This document shows, piece after piece, positions 61,880 through 64,000 of a DNA stretch of 64,000 bases (within the stretch, counting starts at the first letter, position 1; every line of letters begins with the position of its first letter). The stretch comes from Candidatus Porisulfidus sp. TsSOB (GTDB lineage Bacteria > Pseudomonadota > Gammaproteobacteria > Poriferisulfidales > Poriferisulfidaceae), in NCBI GenBank assembly GCA_002631715.1, contig MRSX01000003.1, positions 361,286 through 425,285 of the forward strand, read 5' to 3'. The position numbers and the translations under genes are program-made. Below the pieces are notes generated by a model, which saw only the letters and a program-made list of their open reading frames with translations, did not search any database and was not told the origin of the DNA.

Positions 61880-63315
61880 GCGAGTGGGAGACCGTGATCG
61901 GGCTGGAGATTCATACCCAGCTCTCGACCCAAAGCAAACTGTTCTCCGCTGCCTCGACGCAGTACGGGGCGGAACCAAATCGTCAGGCCTGCGGCATCGA
62001 CTTGGCGCTGCCGGGCGTGTTGCCAGTGGTTAATCGCGAAGCCATTCGCATGGCGGTCATGTTCGGGCTTGCGGTTGGTGCGAAGATCCGTACGCCCTGC
62101 GTGTTTGCGCGCAAGAATTATTTCTACCCGGATCTCCCTCGCGGTTACCAGATCAGCCAATACGAACTGCCGATCGTCGAGGGTGGCTCGGTCGAGATCG
62201 AACTGCAGGACGGCAGCCATCGGCAGATCGAACTAACCCGGGCGCATCTGGAGGAGGATGCCGGCAAGTTACTGCACGAGGGCTACGCCGGGGAGAGCGC
62301 AGTGGACCTCAACCGCGCTGGCGTGCCGTTGATGGAAATTGTCTCGGAGCCGCAGATGCGAAGCCCCGAGGAAGCTTCCGCCTACATGCGGACTTTGCAC
62401 GGCATCGTCACCTTCTTGGGGATCTGTGACGGCAACATGGAGCAAGGCTCGTTCCGCTGCGACGCGAACATTTCCATGCGGCAGAAGGGCGAAAAAGAGT
62501 TGGGCGTAAAAGTCGAACTGAAAAATATCAACTCGTTCCGCTTCGTGGAGCGTGCCCTGCGCTATGAGCAACAGCGCCAGGTCGATGCGCTGGAGTCCGG
62601 CAAACCGATCATCCAGGAGACCCGGCAGTACGATCCAGGAACCGACCGCACCCGCCCGATGCGGATCAAGGAATACGCAGACGATTACCGGTATTTTCCA
62701 GATCCCGACCTGTTGCCGGTGGTCGTCGACGAATCCGTTCAGGCGGAACTGGCCGAATCGCTTCCGGAACTGCCGCAAGCGCGTAGGACCCGGCTGATCG
62801 AGCAGTACGCGCTGTCCGCCGACCTGGCCGCCGTGCTGGTACAGAGTCGGCAGTGGGCCGATTATTTCGAGGCGACCGTTGAAGCGGGTGCCGGTGCTTC
62901 CACCGCGGCGCGCTGGATCACTGGCGAGGTGTTCGCCTGGATGCACAAGGAGTCGACCGAGTTGATCGAGCCGCCGGTATCGGCGAATTCGCTGGCTCAA
63001 TTGCTGAAGTGCATCGACTCTGGCGTTGTGTCCAACAGTGCGGCGAAGGAAGCGCTGGCCGCGATGTGGAAGGGCGAAGGCGAGGCCGAGGAGATCATCG
63101 AAGCGCGGGGCTTGCGCCAAGTCGGCGCGGGAGCCGACCTGGACCAATGGGTCGATCAGGTCATCGAGGCGCACCCGGACGAGGTGGAACAGTACCGTGG
63201 CGGCAAGGATCGCCTGCTCGGGTTCTTCGTCGGACAGGTGATGAAGGCATCGGGCGGGAAGGCGGACCCAAAACAGGTTAGCGAACAACTGCGCACAAAA
63301 CTTCAGTCCGGTTGA
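61876..63315 (+). CDS. gatB: Asp/Glu-tRNA amidotransferase subunit B
   Basis: [19 protein letters not shown] overlaps the gatA TGA. Confidence 0.95.
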   Translation: MSEWETVIGLEIHTQLSTQSKLFSAASTQYGAEPNRQACGIDLALPGVLPVVNREAIRMAVMFGLAVGAKIRTPCVFARKNYFYPDLPRGYQISQYELPIVEGGSVEIELQDGSHRQIELTRAHLEEDAGKLLHEGYAGESAVDLNRAGVPLMEIVSEPQMRSPEEASAYMRTLHGIVTFLGICDGNMEQGSFRCDANISMRQKGEKELGVKVELKNINSFRFVERALRYEQQRQVDALESGKPIIQETRQYDPGTDRTRPMRIKEYADDYRYFPDPDLLPVVVDESVQAELAESLPELPQARRTRLIEQYALSADLAAVLVQSRQWADYFEATVEAGAGASTAARWITGEVFAWMHKESTELIEPPVSANSLAQLLKCIDSGVVSNSAAKEALAAMWKGEGEAEEIIEARGLRQVGAGADLDQWVDQVIEAHPDEVEQYRGGKDRLLGFFVGQVMKASGGKADPKQVSEQLRTKLQSG

Positions 63316-63340
63316 GGTTGAGGGCTACAGGGAGGAGATC

Positions 63341-64000
63341 GATGAAAGCCGCTTTTTCACTGATATTGCTGCTGGCCTGCAGTTCGGTCGCAGCCGAAAT
63401 CGTCGAGGAGACAGTCGATTTCGAGTACAACGGCGCTCCACACAAGGGATATCTCTACTACGACGACAGTCACTCGGACAAGCGCCCCGGCATCTTGGTA
63501 GTGCATGAATGGTGGGGATTGAACACCTACGCCCGTGAGCGCGCAAGACAGATGGCTGCCGACGGCTACGTGGCCTTCGCCATGGACATGTATGGCACGG
63601 GCATGGTGACCGAGCACCCCAAGCAGGCTGGCGAATGGATGACGCAGGTCACTAGCAATGTCGCGGACTGGCAGAAGCGTGCGCAGTTGGGAGTCGAGTT
63701 ACTGCGCGACCACGAAATGACGGATAACGACAAAATCGCCGCGATTGGCTACTGCTTCGGTGGGGCGACCGTCATGCAACTCGCCTACAGCGGTGCGGAC
63801 GTCAAGGGCGTGGTCAGCCTGCATGGCTCGCTGCCGCCGGCCTCCGGCGAACAGACGAAAGCGATCCAGGCGGCGATACTGGTCGAACATGGCAACGACG
63901 ACCCCTTCGTGCCGGAGGAGAGAGTCCTCGAGTTTCGCGCGGCGCTGGATGCAGCGGGAATCGAATATACCTTTAATGGCTACGACGGCGTGCGGCATGG
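63341..64000 (+). CDS. Dienelactone hydrolase family protein (3'-truncated at window end)
   Basis: Signal peptide, HEWWGL and GYCFGG nucleophile elbow. Open frame runs to the window edge and is not in the ORF track. Confidence 0.65.

Overview
High-GC (~60%) gammaproteobacterial chromosome segment. Most of the window is housekeeping genes in familiar orders: hda (3' end), wrbA, arsC-like, mutS, pncC-recA-recX-alaS-lysC-csrA-tRNA-Ser, holA-proA, prfB-lysS, xseB-dxs, metY, slt, rnd, mreBCD, gatCAB. Two accessory regions interrupt this backbone. The first (about 7.2-19.5 kb) is a compact, largely translationally coupled sterol-biosynthesis cluster. It contains a single ORF fusing squalene monooxygenase to an oxidosqualene cyclase (DCTAE motif), plus CYP51, an ERG4/ERG24-family sterol reductase, a Rieske oxygenase and an NAD-dependent reductase resembling the bacterial C-4 demethylase pair SdmA/SdmB. 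It also has an ERG6-type sterol C-24 methyltransferase and, convergently, a DHCR24/DWF1-like FAD oxidoreductase and a large His-box membrane oxygenase. Together these would suffice to make demethylated, side-chain-alkylated (C28-type) sterols. The second (about 44.2-51.2 kb) is a more AT-rich glycan/LPS locus: a DUF120-GT4 fusion, a HipA-like protein with a degenerate catalytic loop, a short nucleotide-sugar dehydrogenase, GT2, GT9 and an FkbM methyltransferase. Smaller items: a HEPN/MNT toxin-antitoxin pair, an orphan NorD/CbbO-like VWA protein coupled to a lipoprotein, the prfB programmed +1 frameshift, and a tRNA-Ser followed by a WYL-like gene. No CRISPR array, rRNA or obvious transposase was seen.
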